Positions 1-9,088 of a stretch of 64,000 nucleotides of DNA are shown piece after piece. The stretch spans positions 17,564 through 81,563 of the forward strand of contig JAKLKF010000012.1 of assembly GCA_023150805.1 (NCBI GenBank), in the 5' to 3' direction. The stretch comes from Myxococcota bacterium. Lineage in GTDB: Bacteria > Myxococcota_A > UBA796 > UBA2385. Every line of letters begins with the position of its first letter. Within the stretch, counting starts at the first letter, position 1. Made by a program: the position numbers and the translations under genes. Under the pieces are notes generated by a model. It saw only the letters and a list, made by a program, of their open reading frames with translations, ran no database searches and was not told the origin of the DNA.

Positions 1-212
1 ACGTGCTGCACCGGCTGGTCGACCAGGGACACACCGTGCTGGTGATCGAGCACCACCTGGACGTGATCCGCAACGCCGACCACGTCATCGACATGGGGCC
101 CGAGGGCGGCGCGGGGGGCGGGAGGGTGGTGGCCGCCGGCACGCCGGAGGCGCTGGTCCAGGGCGCGAAGAAGACGGGGAGCTGGACCGGGCGGGCGCTG
201 GCGCGGAGCTGA
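1..212 (+). CDS. uvrA: Excinuclease ABC subunit A, C-terminal fragment (runs off window start)
   Basis: [48 protein letters not shown] is the characteristic UvrA C-terminus. Confidence 0.93.
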   Translation, partial: VLHRLVDQGHTVLVIEHHLDVIRNADHVIDMGPEGGAGGGRVVAAGTPEALVQGAKKTGSWTGRALARS

Positions 213-225
213 GGATCGCCCCGCC

Positions 226-1872
226 CTAGGGCAACTCGGCAGCGGGGATCTCCGGGGGGCGTCCGAGCGTCGCTCGCGCCTGCTGCAGCAGCGCGGCGTA
301 CTCCCCCTCCTCTGGCGCCGCGGCCACCGCGCGCGCGAAGGCGTCCAGGGCCTCCTCCCCCATCCCCTGGGACCACCTCACGCGGCCGGTGAACGCCTGG
401 GCCTCCGCGAAGTGGTCAGACTCCGGCGGGATCGCCGCCCAGGTCGCCAGGGCGGCGTCGAAGCGCTCGACGGTCGCCTGGCAGTGCCCCAGGGCCAGCC
501 GGACCTGGTCGAGCGCCGGGTGTCCCAGGCGCAGCGCCGCCTCGTAGGCGGGGATGGCCTCGGCCTCGCGGCCCGCCTCGTCCAGGCTCTGGGCCATGAG
601 GAAGTGCGACTGGGGGTGCTGGGGATGCCGCTGGAGCTGCAGCTCCCAGAGCTTGAGGGGGTGGCTCCAGGCCTCGGCGTAGCCGAAGGTCACCACCCCC
701 AAGGTGCCGAGCCAGGCGACCAGGAGCGAGGCGGTCGCCCGGCGACGGCGCTGCAGGCCCAGGGCCGCGACGACCGCGAACAACCCGGCGAAGGGCACCG
801 TGGCGACCAGGGAGTTCCGGTCCGCCACCAGGTTGGGGCTCGACTGGAACACGCCGCTGACCGGGGAGAGGAGCAGGGCATACAGCAGGGGCACCGCCGC
901 GAGCCGCCAGCGCCTGCGCAGCAGGAGGCCCAGGGTTCCCAGCGCGCCCGCCAGGGCGATGGCGAGGGCGGGCAGGTGCTCGCCCGGGCGGATCGGCAGG
1001 AGCAGCGGCTGGATGGGGGTCAGCACAACGGGGAGGAGCGTCTGGAAGGCGTAGTAGCGCAGGCCCTCGGCGATGACCGCGGCGCGGGCGCCGGGACCAT
1101 GCGCGTCGAGGGAGAGCGCCGCCCCTCCGTCGACCTGGGAGCTGCCCGCCACCGCGGCAATCACGAGGCCCACGGCGAGCCAGGGGAGCTTCTCCGCCAG
1201 CAGGCGACCGAGTCGCTCCCTCGGCCAGCGCTGCAACACCATCAGGTCGAGCACCAGCAGCGCCACCCCGAAGGTCATGGCGTGAGGCTTGGACAGCATC
1301 GAGGCCACGGTCAGCGAGAGGGCGCCAGCCAGGCGCCAGCGCCGGCCCGCGGGCGCGAGCCCGGGAGCATGGGCGCGCACATACAGGAGGACGGCCGGGA
1401 AGAGGAGGGCGGTGCACAGCACGTCCCGTCGCTCCGTGATCCACACCACGGACTCGACCCGCAGCGGGTGCAGCCCCCAGAACAGGGCGCCCGCCAGGGC
1501 CGCCCACCGGCGGGTGGTGGCGTCGACGGCCTCCAGGATGCGGGACAGGATCGTGTCCAGCAGGGCCCACAGCCCCACGACCGAGACCATGTGGAGCGCC
1601 ACGTTCAGCGCGTGGTAGCCCCGCGGATCCATGCCACCCAGCACGTGGTTGAGCCCCAGGGACATCCAGGCCAGCGGGATCCACAGCCCGCTCCTGTCCG
1701 TCCACATCCAGCGAAGCTGCTCCCGACCGAGGCCCCGGAAGTGGGGGTTGTCCAGGAAGTTGATGTTGTCGTCCCAGTTCAGCCACTCGCCCTGGAGCGC
1801 CGGGGCGAAGGCCACCAGGACCAGGCAGGCTCCCCACAGCGGGATGACGGCGCGGAGACGAGCAGGCTGCAT
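226..1872 (-). CDS. TMTC-like GT-C membrane glycosyltransferase with C-terminal TPRs
   Basis: WDD acidic loop, YHALNVALH, HPLRVESVVWITERRDVL, many TM helices, TPR-like C-terminus; start chosen at MQPARL (ORF open to 1974). Confidence 0.8.
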   Translation of the reverse strand: MQPARLRAVIPLWGACLVLVAFAPALQGEWLNWDDNINFLDNPHFRGLGREQLRWMWTDRSGLWIPLAWMSLGLNHVLGGMDPRGYHALNVALHMVSVVGLWALLDTILSRILEAVDATTRRWAALAGALFWGLHPLRVESVVWITERRDVLCTALLFPAVLLYVRAHAPGLAPAGRRWRLAGALSLTVASMLSKPHAMTFGVALLVLDLMVLQRWPRERLGRLLAEKLPWLAVGLVIAAVAGSSQVDGGAALSLDAHGPGARAAVIAEGLRYYAFQTLLPVVLTPIQPLLLPIRPGEHLPALAIALAGALGTLGLLLRRRWRLAAVPLLYALLLSPVSGVFQSSPNLVADRNSLVATVPFAGLFAVVAALGLQRRRRATASLLVAWLGTLGVVTFGYAEAWSHPLKLWELQLQRHPQHPQSHFLMAQSLDEAGREAEAIPAYEAALRLGHPALDQVRLALGHCQATVERFDAALATWAAIPPESDHFAEAQAFTGRVRWSQGMGEEALDAFARAVAAAPEEGEYAALLQQARATLGRPPEIPAAELP

Positions 1873-2201
1873 GGGAGCAGGACCCTCTGCGGGGAGGTGG
1901 TACCCGGACCGGTCTCGGGCCGCCAGCGGGCCGCGCTCCGCGGTGGACGACCCGGAGGCAGGCCTGGACGCCAAGCGGTGCTACCCTCGCGCGTCGCCGG
2001 CGAGCGGCACACCGGACCGACCCCTGGGCGCCTGGAGAGGTCGGGCGGCCCGATCCCCCCGGCACGAGGTGCTCCCTGCCTCCCTCCCCCACCGGGCCGC
2101 GTGAGCTCGCGGTCGCCGCCCTCCTCACCACCGCAGCGGCGGCTGCCTTCACCTGGCCGGTCCTGGCCAGCGGGGATCGCTGGGGGGGCGCCGACTGGGA
2201 C

Positions 2202-3818
2202 ATGCACCAGCTCTACTGGGGCTTCGCGCGCTGGGCCCTCGTCGACCGGGGGGAGCTGCCCCTCTGGAACCCCTACATGTGCGGGGGCACCGCGGGCCTG
2301 GCCCACCCGGAGTCGCCGGTCGGCAACCCGTTGTTCCCGGTCCTGCTCGTCACCGGCACGGTGCGGGGGCTCAAGCTGCTGACCTGGGCCCACGCCGCCC
2401 TCGCCGGCTTCGGCGCCTGGCTGCTGGGCCGCCGCCTGGGCTGCGGGCCGGTCGCGGCCTACGTCCCCGCCGCTGCCTACGGGCTGTCCTCGGCCTACGC
2501 CCTGCACCTGGCGACCGGGCACTCCACCTGGATGGCCATGGCCTTCCTGCCGCTGGCCCTGGCCGGCCTGCACGCGGGCTTCCTCCGCCCACCGATGGGG
2601 CTCCTCGCGGGCGCCGCCGCGGCCCTGGTCCTGTTCACGGGCAACCCCAACCTGTTCGCCTGGCTCTTCTTCGTCGCGGGCACCTGGGCCACCGTCGAGG
2701 CCCTGCGCACAAGGAGCGCCCGCCCGCTGGCGGCCCTGGCGGTGATGGTCGGCAGCGCCGTCGGCCTGGCGGCCGTGAAGCTGGTGCCGATGATCGCCTT
2801 CCTGGGCGAGGTGACCTCCAAGGAGATGGCGGACACCTCGTCGGGCGACCTCCGGATGCTGGGCAACGCCCTGCTCGGACGGGACCAGCGCCTGCTGGCA
2901 CACCTGGACAGCGGGCTGCACTGGGCCTTCTGGGAGTACGGCGCCTACGTGGGGCCGGTCATCCCCCTGGCCGCCCTGGCCTATGGCCTGACCCGACCGC
3001 GGCGCGCCTGGCCCCTCCTCGTCGTCGCAGGGGCCTGCCTGTGGGTGGCGCTCGGCCACGGCTACGGCGCCTGGGACCTGCTCGCCCGTGTCCCCGGCTT
3101 CACGGACCTGCGCGTGCCGTCCCGCGTGCTCGCCTTCGTGCCCCTCCTGCTGGGGACGCTCGCGGGCCTGCTGCTGACGGAGCACGGCCACCGCCTCCCG
3201 CGCGGGGTCGAGGTCGCCCTGGTGGCCGCGATCGCGCTGGACCTGGGCAGCGTGGGTCGCGTCTCGCTCCACGACGCCTTCCCCCTCCCGGCCCGGTCAC
3301 CGCCGGGCGGTGACTTCATCCAGGTCCAGGGCAGGACCGAGTTCCAGCGTGCCTTCGATCCGACCACCCTCCGCCCGGTCTCCGCCTTCTCCGAGATGTA
3401 CCCGGCCTTCCTGGCCAACCGCGGCACGGTCGACTGCTACGGGCGGGTCCGGCTGCCGGTCGCCGCGGTGCCGGCGATCGACGCCGAGGGTCGGCCGAAC
3501 CCGGCCTGGCGGGGCGAGGCCTGGCTGCCCCACGGCGGGCAGGCCTCGCTGGTCGAGGTGGGTGGCCAGCGGCTGGTGGCCGAGCTGCAGCCCCTCGCCG
3601 CCGGCGGCCTGGTCTTCAACCAGAACTGGGCGCCAGGCTGGGACGCCGCAGACGGGCGGCCCGTGCACGACGCCGGGGGCCTGCTCGCCGTCGCGGTGGG
3701 GCCCGAGGACCGCCGGGTCGAGCTCGTGTACACGCAGCCCGGCCTGGCCGCGGGCGCCGCGACCAGCGTGGCGACGCTCCTGGCCGTCCTCCTGGTGATC
3801 CTGCGCCGGAGGACCTGA
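2202..3818 (+). CDS. YfhO-like multi-pass membrane protein (GT-C fold)
   Basis: GELPLWNPYMCGG, WEYGAYVG, LRVPSR, NQNWAPGW motifs; frame stays open upstream with a TM segment, so true start may be earlier. Confidence 0.7.
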   Translation: MHQLYWGFARWALVDRGELPLWNPYMCGGTAGLAHPESPVGNPLFPVLLVTGTVRGLKLLTWAHAALAGFGAWLLGRRLGCGPVAAYVPAAAYGLSSAYALHLATGHSTWMAMAFLPLALAGLHAGFLRPPMGLLAGAAAALVLFTGNPNLFAWLFFVAGTWATVEALRTRSARPLAALAVMVGSAVGLAAVKLVPMIAFLGEVTSKEMADTSSGDLRMLGNALLGRDQRLLAHLDSGLHWAFWEYGAYVGPVIPLAALAYGLTRPRRAWPLLVVAGACLWVALGHGYGAWDLLARVPGFTDLRVPSRVLAFVPLLLGTLAGLLLTEHGHRLPRGVEVALVAAIALDLGSVGRVSLHDAFPLPARSPPGGDFIQVQGRTEFQRAFDPTTLRPVSAFSEMYPAFLANRGTVDCYGRVRLPVAAVPAIDAEGRPNPAWRGEAWLPHGGQASLVEVGGQRLVAELQPLAAGGLVFNQNWAPGWDAADGRPVHDAGGLLAVAVGPEDRRVELVYTQPGLAAGAATSVATLLAVLLVILRRRT

Positions 3819-3899
3819 GGTCGACCGGGCCGGCCCGCCCGCCGGACCTGGGGCCATCGTCCACCGGCTGGCCGGCGGCGGCGGCGCATGGGGAGCCGC

Positions 3900-4793
3900 T
3901 CAGGCATCGAGCTCGCGGGTGACCAGGGTCAGGACGGCGCTGGCCGAGCCCCCGTCCGGGGTGCCGTGGACCAGCTCGACCTGGACGAGGTCGCGCTCGG
4001 CGACCAGGTCGGCGATGGAGGCGAAGCCGTCGTCGGCGAAGGTGCGCGCCGGCGTGGGCTCGAGCTTCAGCTCCTCCAGGCGGTTGCGGCCCAGCTCGGT
4101 CAGGGTCTCGACGGCCTCGGCGAGCGCGGGCAGGGAGAGGTCGGGGCGGTCGGCCTTCTCCGGCCGCAGGGTCTGCCCGGCGAGGGCGCGCAGGCCGGCC
4201 GTGGAGACCCCCAGCACGGTGATGACCTCGACGATGCCGGCCATGTCCCGACGCCCGCTCCAGGCGATGCCGGGGATGGCGCGCGGGGCGATGCGCACGT
4301 CCACCACCTTGGCGTCGACCAGGCCGAAGCGCGGGAGCCAGCGGCGGGCGAGGTCGACCATGGCCTCGACCACGCGGGGGTGCGGGGCCTCGGCGATGCT
4401 GGTCTCCAGCCGACGCCGCCGGGACATCTCCAGGTGGAGGAAGTCGCGCAGGTAGGACTCGTGCGCGCCGGAGTCCAGCGCGCCGCTCTCCACCAGGATG
4501 TCGCCGACCCGCCGCCAGCCGCTGCGCTGCTCGCGGTGGAGCTGGTCCATGGCCTCGACCGTGGTGAAGCCGAGCGCGACCGCCATCTCGCCGAAGCGCA
4601 GGTCGCCGTGCTCGTGCACGGACTGGCGCTGGCAACGGCGGATCTGCTGGACCTGGGCCTCGGTCAGCACCCCGCGGGCCACCGCCAGCTCGCCCAGCAG
4701 CAGCCGTCCCTCGGACTGCTCGGCCAGGGCGGCACCAAGCTGGTCCTGGCGCACGACGCCGAGCTGGACCAGGAACTCGCCGTAGAAAGGCAT
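3900..4793 (-). CDS. MshEN-like repeat protein with possible CheX/CheC-like C-terminal domain
   Basis: Four (R)xGxxxVxxG..Q repeats (YGEFLVQLG, LGELAVARG, RFGEMAVALG, RVGDILVESG); ATG at 4793 inside longer shadow ORF. Confidence 0.65.
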   Translation of the reverse strand: MPFYGEFLVQLGVVRQDQLGAALAEQSEGRLLLGELAVARGVLTEAQVQQIRRCQRQSVHEHGDLRFGEMAVALGFTTVEAMDQLHREQRSGWRRVGDILVESGALDSGAHESYLRDFLHLEMSRRRRLETSIAEAPHPRVVEAMVDLARRWLPRFGLVDAKVVDVRIAPRAIPGIAWSGRRDMAGIVEVITVLGVSTAGLRALAGQTLRPEKADRPDLSLPALAEAVETLTELGRNRLEELKLEPTPARTFADDGFASIADLVAERDLVQVELVHGTPDGGSASAVLTLVTRELDA

Positions 4794-4866
4794 CGAGACT
4801 CCAGGGGGCTGGACCAGGTGCGCCCCTCGCGTCGGAAGACTACTCCGGAGGAGGAGGGTCGGCCGC

Positions 4867-5652
4867 TTGCTGGACGCCCACAACCACCTGGACCGCTGCC
4901 CGGATCCTGCGCAGGCGCTGGCGCGGGCGCGCGCGGCGGGGGTGCGCGGGCAGGTCCTGGCGGGGGTGGACCCGGCGGGCTGGGCAAGCCAGGCGGCCCT
5001 GGCCGGCGAGCCGGGCCTGTGGGCCTGCTTCGGCGTGCACCCCTGGACGGCGGCGGCGGCGCGGGACGAGGACGAGCCGCCGCTGCTGGAGGCCCTGGTG
5101 CGGGCGCTGGACGGCGGCCTGGGGGTGGACCCGGTGGGCCTGGGCGAGCTGGGGCTCGACCGCGGTCGCCAGGTGGCGGCCGACAGCCTGCCGCGCCAGG
5201 AGCGCCTCTTCCGCGCCCAGCTCGCCCTGGCCCGGGAGCGGGACCTGCCGGTCGTGCTGCACGTGGTGCGGGCCCACGACCGGGCGCTCGCGATCCTGCG
5301 GCGGGACGGGCTGCCCGCGGCGGGCGGCATGGTCCACTCCGCCAGCACCCCGCCCGAGCAGGTCGCGGCCTGGCTGGCGCTGGGCCTGCACATGTCCTTC
5401 GCGGGAGGGGTGACCCGCCACGACAAGGCCCGCGCCGCGGCCGCCCGGGTCCCCCTGGAGCGCCTGCTCGCCGAGACCGACGCGCCGGACCAGCCCCCCG
5501 CGGGCCGGCAGGGGTCCAACGAGCCCGCCTTCCTGCCCGATGTGGTGGCCGCCCTGGCCGAGGTACATGGCCTGCCACCCACCGCCCTCGCCGCCAGGGT
5601 CGAGGACAACGCCCGCCGCCTCTTCCGCCTGCCCTCCCCCGAGCGCCCATGA
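4867..5652 (+). CDS. tatD: TatD family metal-dependent hydrolase/DNase
   Basis: DAHNHLD, GVHPW, GELGLD, LHVVRAH, GMVHS, ETDAPD motifs. Confidence 0.9.
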   Translation: MLDAHNHLDRCPDPAQALARARAAGVRGQVLAGVDPAGWASQAALAGEPGLWACFGVHPWTAAAARDEDEPPLLEALVRALDGGLGVDPVGLGELGLDRGRQVAADSLPRQERLFRAQLALARERDLPVVLHVVRAHDRALAILRRDGLPAAGGMVHSASTPPEQVAAWLALGLHMSFAGGVTRHDKARAAAARVPLERLLAETDAPDQPPAGRQGSNEPAFLPDVVAALAEVHGLPPTALAARVEDNARRLFRLPSPERP

Positions 5653-6476
5653 GCACGCCGACCGAGCTTCCCCCCCCGGCCCGGATCCACCGCCGCTGGG
5701 ACCGCCTGGGCCGCCTGCTGGGCGACGAGGCGATCCACCGCCTGCACGCCGCCCACGTCATGGTGATCGGCCTGGGCGGCGTGGGCTCCTGGGCGGCCGA
5801 GTCCCTGGCCCGCAGCGGGGTCGGGCGGCTGACCCTGGTGGACTTCGACCTGGTCTGCGTCACCAACACGAACCGGCAGCTGCCCTGCGTACGGGGCGCG
5901 GTGGGCAAGCCCAAGGCCAGCGTGCTGGCGGAGCGGCTGCGGGCGATCAACCCCGAGGCCCAGGTGCAGGCCGTGCCCATGTTCTACGAGGCGCGCACCG
6001 CCGACCTGCTGCTCGCCGACAAGCGCGAGCTGACCTGGGTCGTCGACGCCATCGACAACGTGACGGCCAAGTGCCACCTGCTGGCGCAGTGCCGGCAGCG
6101 GGGGCTGGACGTGGTCTGCTGCACCGGCGCCAGCGGGCGGCTGGACCCGACGCGCCTGCGCACCGGCGACCTGGCCGAGACCCGCGTCGATCCGCTGGCG
6201 GCCATGGTGCGCAAGCTGCTGCGGCAGAAGCACGGCTTCCCGCGGGAGGGCAGCTTCGGCATCCCCGCGGTGTGGAGCGAGGAGCCGCTGCGCCCCAGCC
6301 TGCCCCTGGCCTACGACGGCGACGAGGGCTTCTCCTGCGTGTGCCCCGGCGGGGAGAACGACCACCACAACTGCGAGGAGCGCCACGTGATCTGGGGCAC
6401 GGCCAGCTTCGTCACCGGCGCCGCCGGCCTGGCGGCGGCCAGCCTGGTGGTGCGCGCGATCAGCGAGGCGGGTTGA
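5649..6476 (+). CDS. tcdA: tRNA threonylcarbamoyladenosine dehydratase (ThiF/E1-like)
   Basis: VIGLGGVGSWAAESLARSG, DFDLVCVTNTNRQL, VDAIDN, DPLAAMVRKLLR; ATGA overlap with tatD. Confidence 0.88.
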   Translation: MSTPTELPPPARIHRRWDRLGRLLGDEAIHRLHAAHVMVIGLGGVGSWAAESLARSGVGRLTLVDFDLVCVTNTNRQLPCVRGAVGKPKASVLAERLRAINPEAQVQAVPMFYEARTADLLLADKRELTWVVDAIDNVTAKCHLLAQCRQRGLDVVCCTGASGRLDPTRLRTGDLAETRVDPLAAMVRKLLRQKHGFPREGSFGIPAVWSEEPLRPSLPLAYDGDEGFSCVCPGGENDHHNCEERHVIWGTASFVTGAAGLAAASLVVRAISEAG

Positions 6477-7680
6477 GCGGCCGGGGCGGGCCGGGAGGTG
6501 GGACCTGTTCGGGCGGGGCGCCGACCGGGCGCGCCGAGATGGGCACCTCCAGCCACCGGCAGTCGATGCCGCCGTTCCAGACCTCGACCCGCCGCGTCGG
6601 CCGCAGGCCGAGCCGCCGCGCCAGGGCGGGGCTGCCGGCCAGGATCCAGGCCCGCCAGCCCAGGAAGCGGTGGCGCAGCACGTCGCCCAGCGCCGCCATG
6701 GTCTGGCCGGCCTGGTCGGGATCGCCCAGGCGCTCGCCATAGGGCGGGTTGGTCACCAGGATCCCCGGCGGCCCGGCCGGAGGGCCCACCTCGGCCAGCG
6801 GCCGGCGCGCGAGGTGCACCGCCTCGTCGAGCCCCTGGGCGGTGAGGGCGGCACGCGCGACCGCCAGGGCCTGCGGGTCCTGGTCGCTGCCGACGATCAG
6901 CGGCACGGGCCGCGGGGGGCGGGACCGGGCCTGGTCCACGAGCCGCGTCCACAGCGCCGGGTCGTGGCCCAGCCACCCCTGGAAGCCCCACCGCGCCCGC
7001 CCCAGGCCCGGCGCGTCCCCGCGCGCCATGGCGGCGCCCTCCCGCAGCAGGGTGCCCGTGCCGCACATGGGGTCGACCAGGGGCAGCCCCTGCGCCGCGG
7101 CCGCGGGCCAGCCGGCGATGCGCAGCAGGGCCGCGGCCAGCGTCTCCTTGAGCGGCGCCTGCCCCCCCTCGACCCCCCCGCTGCGCAGGTGCAGGGGCGC
7201 CCCGGCCAGGTCGACGCTCAGCGCCAGGTGCTTCTCGGTCAGGTAGGCGTGGACGCGGAGATCGGGCTGTCGGGGATCGACCGAGGGCCGGGCCCCGGTC
7301 GCCGCGCGCAGGGCGTCGCAGATGGCGTCCTTGACCCGCTGGGCGCCGTAGCCGGTGTGGCGGATCCCGTCGTTGGCGCCCACGAAGTCGACCGCCAGGG
7401 TGCGCGCCGGCGAGGCGTGGGCGGTCCAGTCCAGGCTCCGCGCGGTGTCGTAGAGCACCCGCTCGCTGGTCGCCTTGCCGAAGCCGATCTCCAGGAGCAC
7501 CCGGCTGGCCACGCGCGACCAGAGCAGCGCGCGGTAGGCCTGCTCCAGGTCGCCCCGCCAGGCGACCGCGCCGCGGAGCTGCTCGCCCGGGGGCAGCCCC
7601 AGGCTGACCAGCTCCTCGGCGAGCACGGCCTCCAGGCCCCGCGGGCAGGTGGCCGCGAGGCGGTGGCTGCGGGCCTTCAC
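6460..7680 (-). CDS. rlmL: THUMP-domain 23S rRNA m2G methyltransferase, stand-alone RlmL-like
   Basis: ATCPRGLEAVLAEEL, LWSRVASRVL, APLKETLAAALL, DPMCGTGT, NPPYGERL; GTG start overlaps upstream stop. Confidence 0.85.
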   Translation of the reverse strand: MKARSHRLAATCPRGLEAVLAEELVSLGLPPGEQLRGAVAWRGDLEQAYRALLWSRVASRVLLEIGFGKATSERVLYDTARSLDWTAHASPARTLAVDFVGANDGIRHTGYGAQRVKDAICDALRAATGARPSVDPRQPDLRVHAYLTEKHLALSVDLAGAPLHLRSGGVEGGQAPLKETLAAALLRIAGWPAAAAQGLPLVDPMCGTGTLLREGAAMARGDAPGLGRARWGFQGWLGHDPALWTRLVDQARSRPPRPVPLIVGSDQDPQALAVARAALTAQGLDEAVHLARRPLAEVGPPAGPPGILVTNPPYGERLGDPDQAGQTMAALGDVLRHRFLGWRAWILAGSPALARRLGLRPTRRVEVWNGGIDCRWLEVPISARPVGAPPEQVPPPGPPRPLNPPR

Positions 7681-8297
7681 TCGCAGCTCACCGACAGCTC
7701 GAAGGGCGCGCCGGCGCTGTCGTCGCCGTCCACCACCACCAGGTAGCGCGCCGGCTCGTTGTTCCAGATGGTGAAGCTGTTGGTGCCCCCGCCGTCGTCC
7801 CCCTCGCACTCCAGCACGCTGTACTCGGGCAGCGGGCAGGCGTCCTCGTCGGCCCAGCGCACCGCGACGAGGTCGAGGTCGGCGCACGGGGACGTCAACG
7901 AGAAGGTGACGGTCCCGGTGCCCGGGTGGTCGAAGGCGTAGACGCGCTCGGGGCCGTTGAACTCGCTGGCCGTGGAGATCAGGCAGTACCAGCCCTGGTA
8001 GGCCGTGCCGTCCCACTGCTTCTCGCCCCCCTCGGTGTTGTCGATGACGGTGGTGTCGCAGGCCAGCGCGGAGGTCACGCAGTCCGGGCCCTCTCGCGTC
8101 GAGCCGGTCGGCGGGTCGTCGCAGTCGATGTCGCCGCCGCCACCGCCGTCGCCGCCGCCACCGCCGTCGCCACCTCCGCCGTCTCCGCCGCCGCCGTCCT
8201 GACCGCTGCCGCCGTCCCCTCCCCCGCCGGTGTCGTCCCCGTCCTTGTCGGCGCAGGCCAGCAGCAGGCCCAGGAGCAGGCAGATCGAGCCGGTCAT
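7677..8297 (-). CDS. Lipoprotein with Gly/Asp linker and Cys-containing PPC-like beta domain
   Basis: Lipobox LLAC, GGGD linker, ERVYAFxHPGTG..SPCADLDL..YLVVVDG; paralog of next gene. Confidence 0.75.
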   Translation of the reverse strand: MTGSICLLLGLLLACADKDGDDTGGGGDGGSGQDGGGGDGGGGDGGGGGDGGGGGDIDCDDPPTGSTREGPDCVTSALACDTTVIDNTEGGEKQWDGTAYQGWYCLISTASEFNGPERVYAFDHPGTGTVTFSLTSPCADLDLVAVRWADEDACPLPEYSVLECEGDDGGGTNSFTIWNNEPARYLVVVDGDDSAGAPFELSVSCE

Positions 8298-8303
8298 CGT
8301 CCC

Positions 8304-9026
8304 TCACTCACAGGAGATGGACAACGAGAAGTTGTCCAGCGCGCCGTCCACGCCGTCGACGATGACGAGGTAGTCCGCGGGCTCGTTGTTCCACACCGTG
8401 ACGGAGCCGCCGCCGGCGCCGTCGTCCATCTCGCACTCGCTGACCAGGGTCGACGAGCCCGACGGGCACTCGCCGTCGGTGGCCCAGTAGCCCCAGCGCA
8501 GCACGGCGAGGTCCATCTCGGCGCAGGGGCTGTCCAGGGTGAAGGTCACGTTGCCCGTGCCGGGGTGGGTGAAGGCGTAGACGCGCTCCTTGCCGGCCCA
8601 GGGGTCGCCGCCGGTGTAGGAGCAGTACCAGGCCTCGTACTCCTCGGCGCCGAAGGCCGCCTCGCCCCCCACCAGCGTGTCGACGCGCTCCTCTCCGCAG
8701 GCGAGCGTGGCGGTGACGCAGGCCTGGCGGGGCGCGCCGGTCCCGATGTCCAGGTCGCAGATGGGGTCCTCGGTACCGCCATCGCCCCCACCGCCGTCGC
8801 CGCCCCCTCCGTCCGCGTCGGTGCCGCCCCCGTCCCCACCGCCGTCGGCGGTGCCACCGCCGTCCCCGCCGTCGTCGGTCCCGCCGTCCTCGCTGCCGCC
8901 GTCGTCGCTGCCGCCGTCGTCGGCGGGCTGGCCGGTGTCCACGGGCGTGGTCTTGAAGATCGCGCAGGCCGGCAGCGCCAGGCCGAGGAGCAGGGCCATG
9001 GCCGAGGTGGTGGGCGAGGCCCGCAT
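8304..9026 (-). CDS. Lipoprotein, tandem paralog of 7677-8297
   Basis: Lipobox LPAC, DDGG linker, shared ERVYAFTHPGTG, WNNEPA, terminal SCE. Confidence 0.75.
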   Translation of the reverse strand: MRASPTTSAMALLLGLALPACAIFKTTPVDTGQPADDGGSDDGGSEDGGTDDGGDGGGTADGGGDGGGTDADGGGGDGGGGDGGTEDPICDLDIGTGAPRQACVTATLACGEERVDTLVGGEAAFGAEEYEAWYCSYTGGDPWAGKERVYAFTHPGTGNVTFTLDSPCAEMDLAVLRWGYWATDGECPSGSSTLVSECEMDDGAGGGSVTVWNNEPADYLVIVDGVDGALDNFSLSISCE

Positions 9027-9088
9027 CGCTTCCTCCGGGATGCCCTACGATAGCCGCCGGTCGCCCCCCCGGCCACGCGCGCCGCCGG

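Noticed and set aside
4867-6476. TatD plus ThiF-like pair as an anti-phage or ubiquitin-like system
   Set aside because: The ThiF protein has TcdA-type motifs and there is no E2, JAB, QueC or effector neighbour; a housekeeping role is more likely
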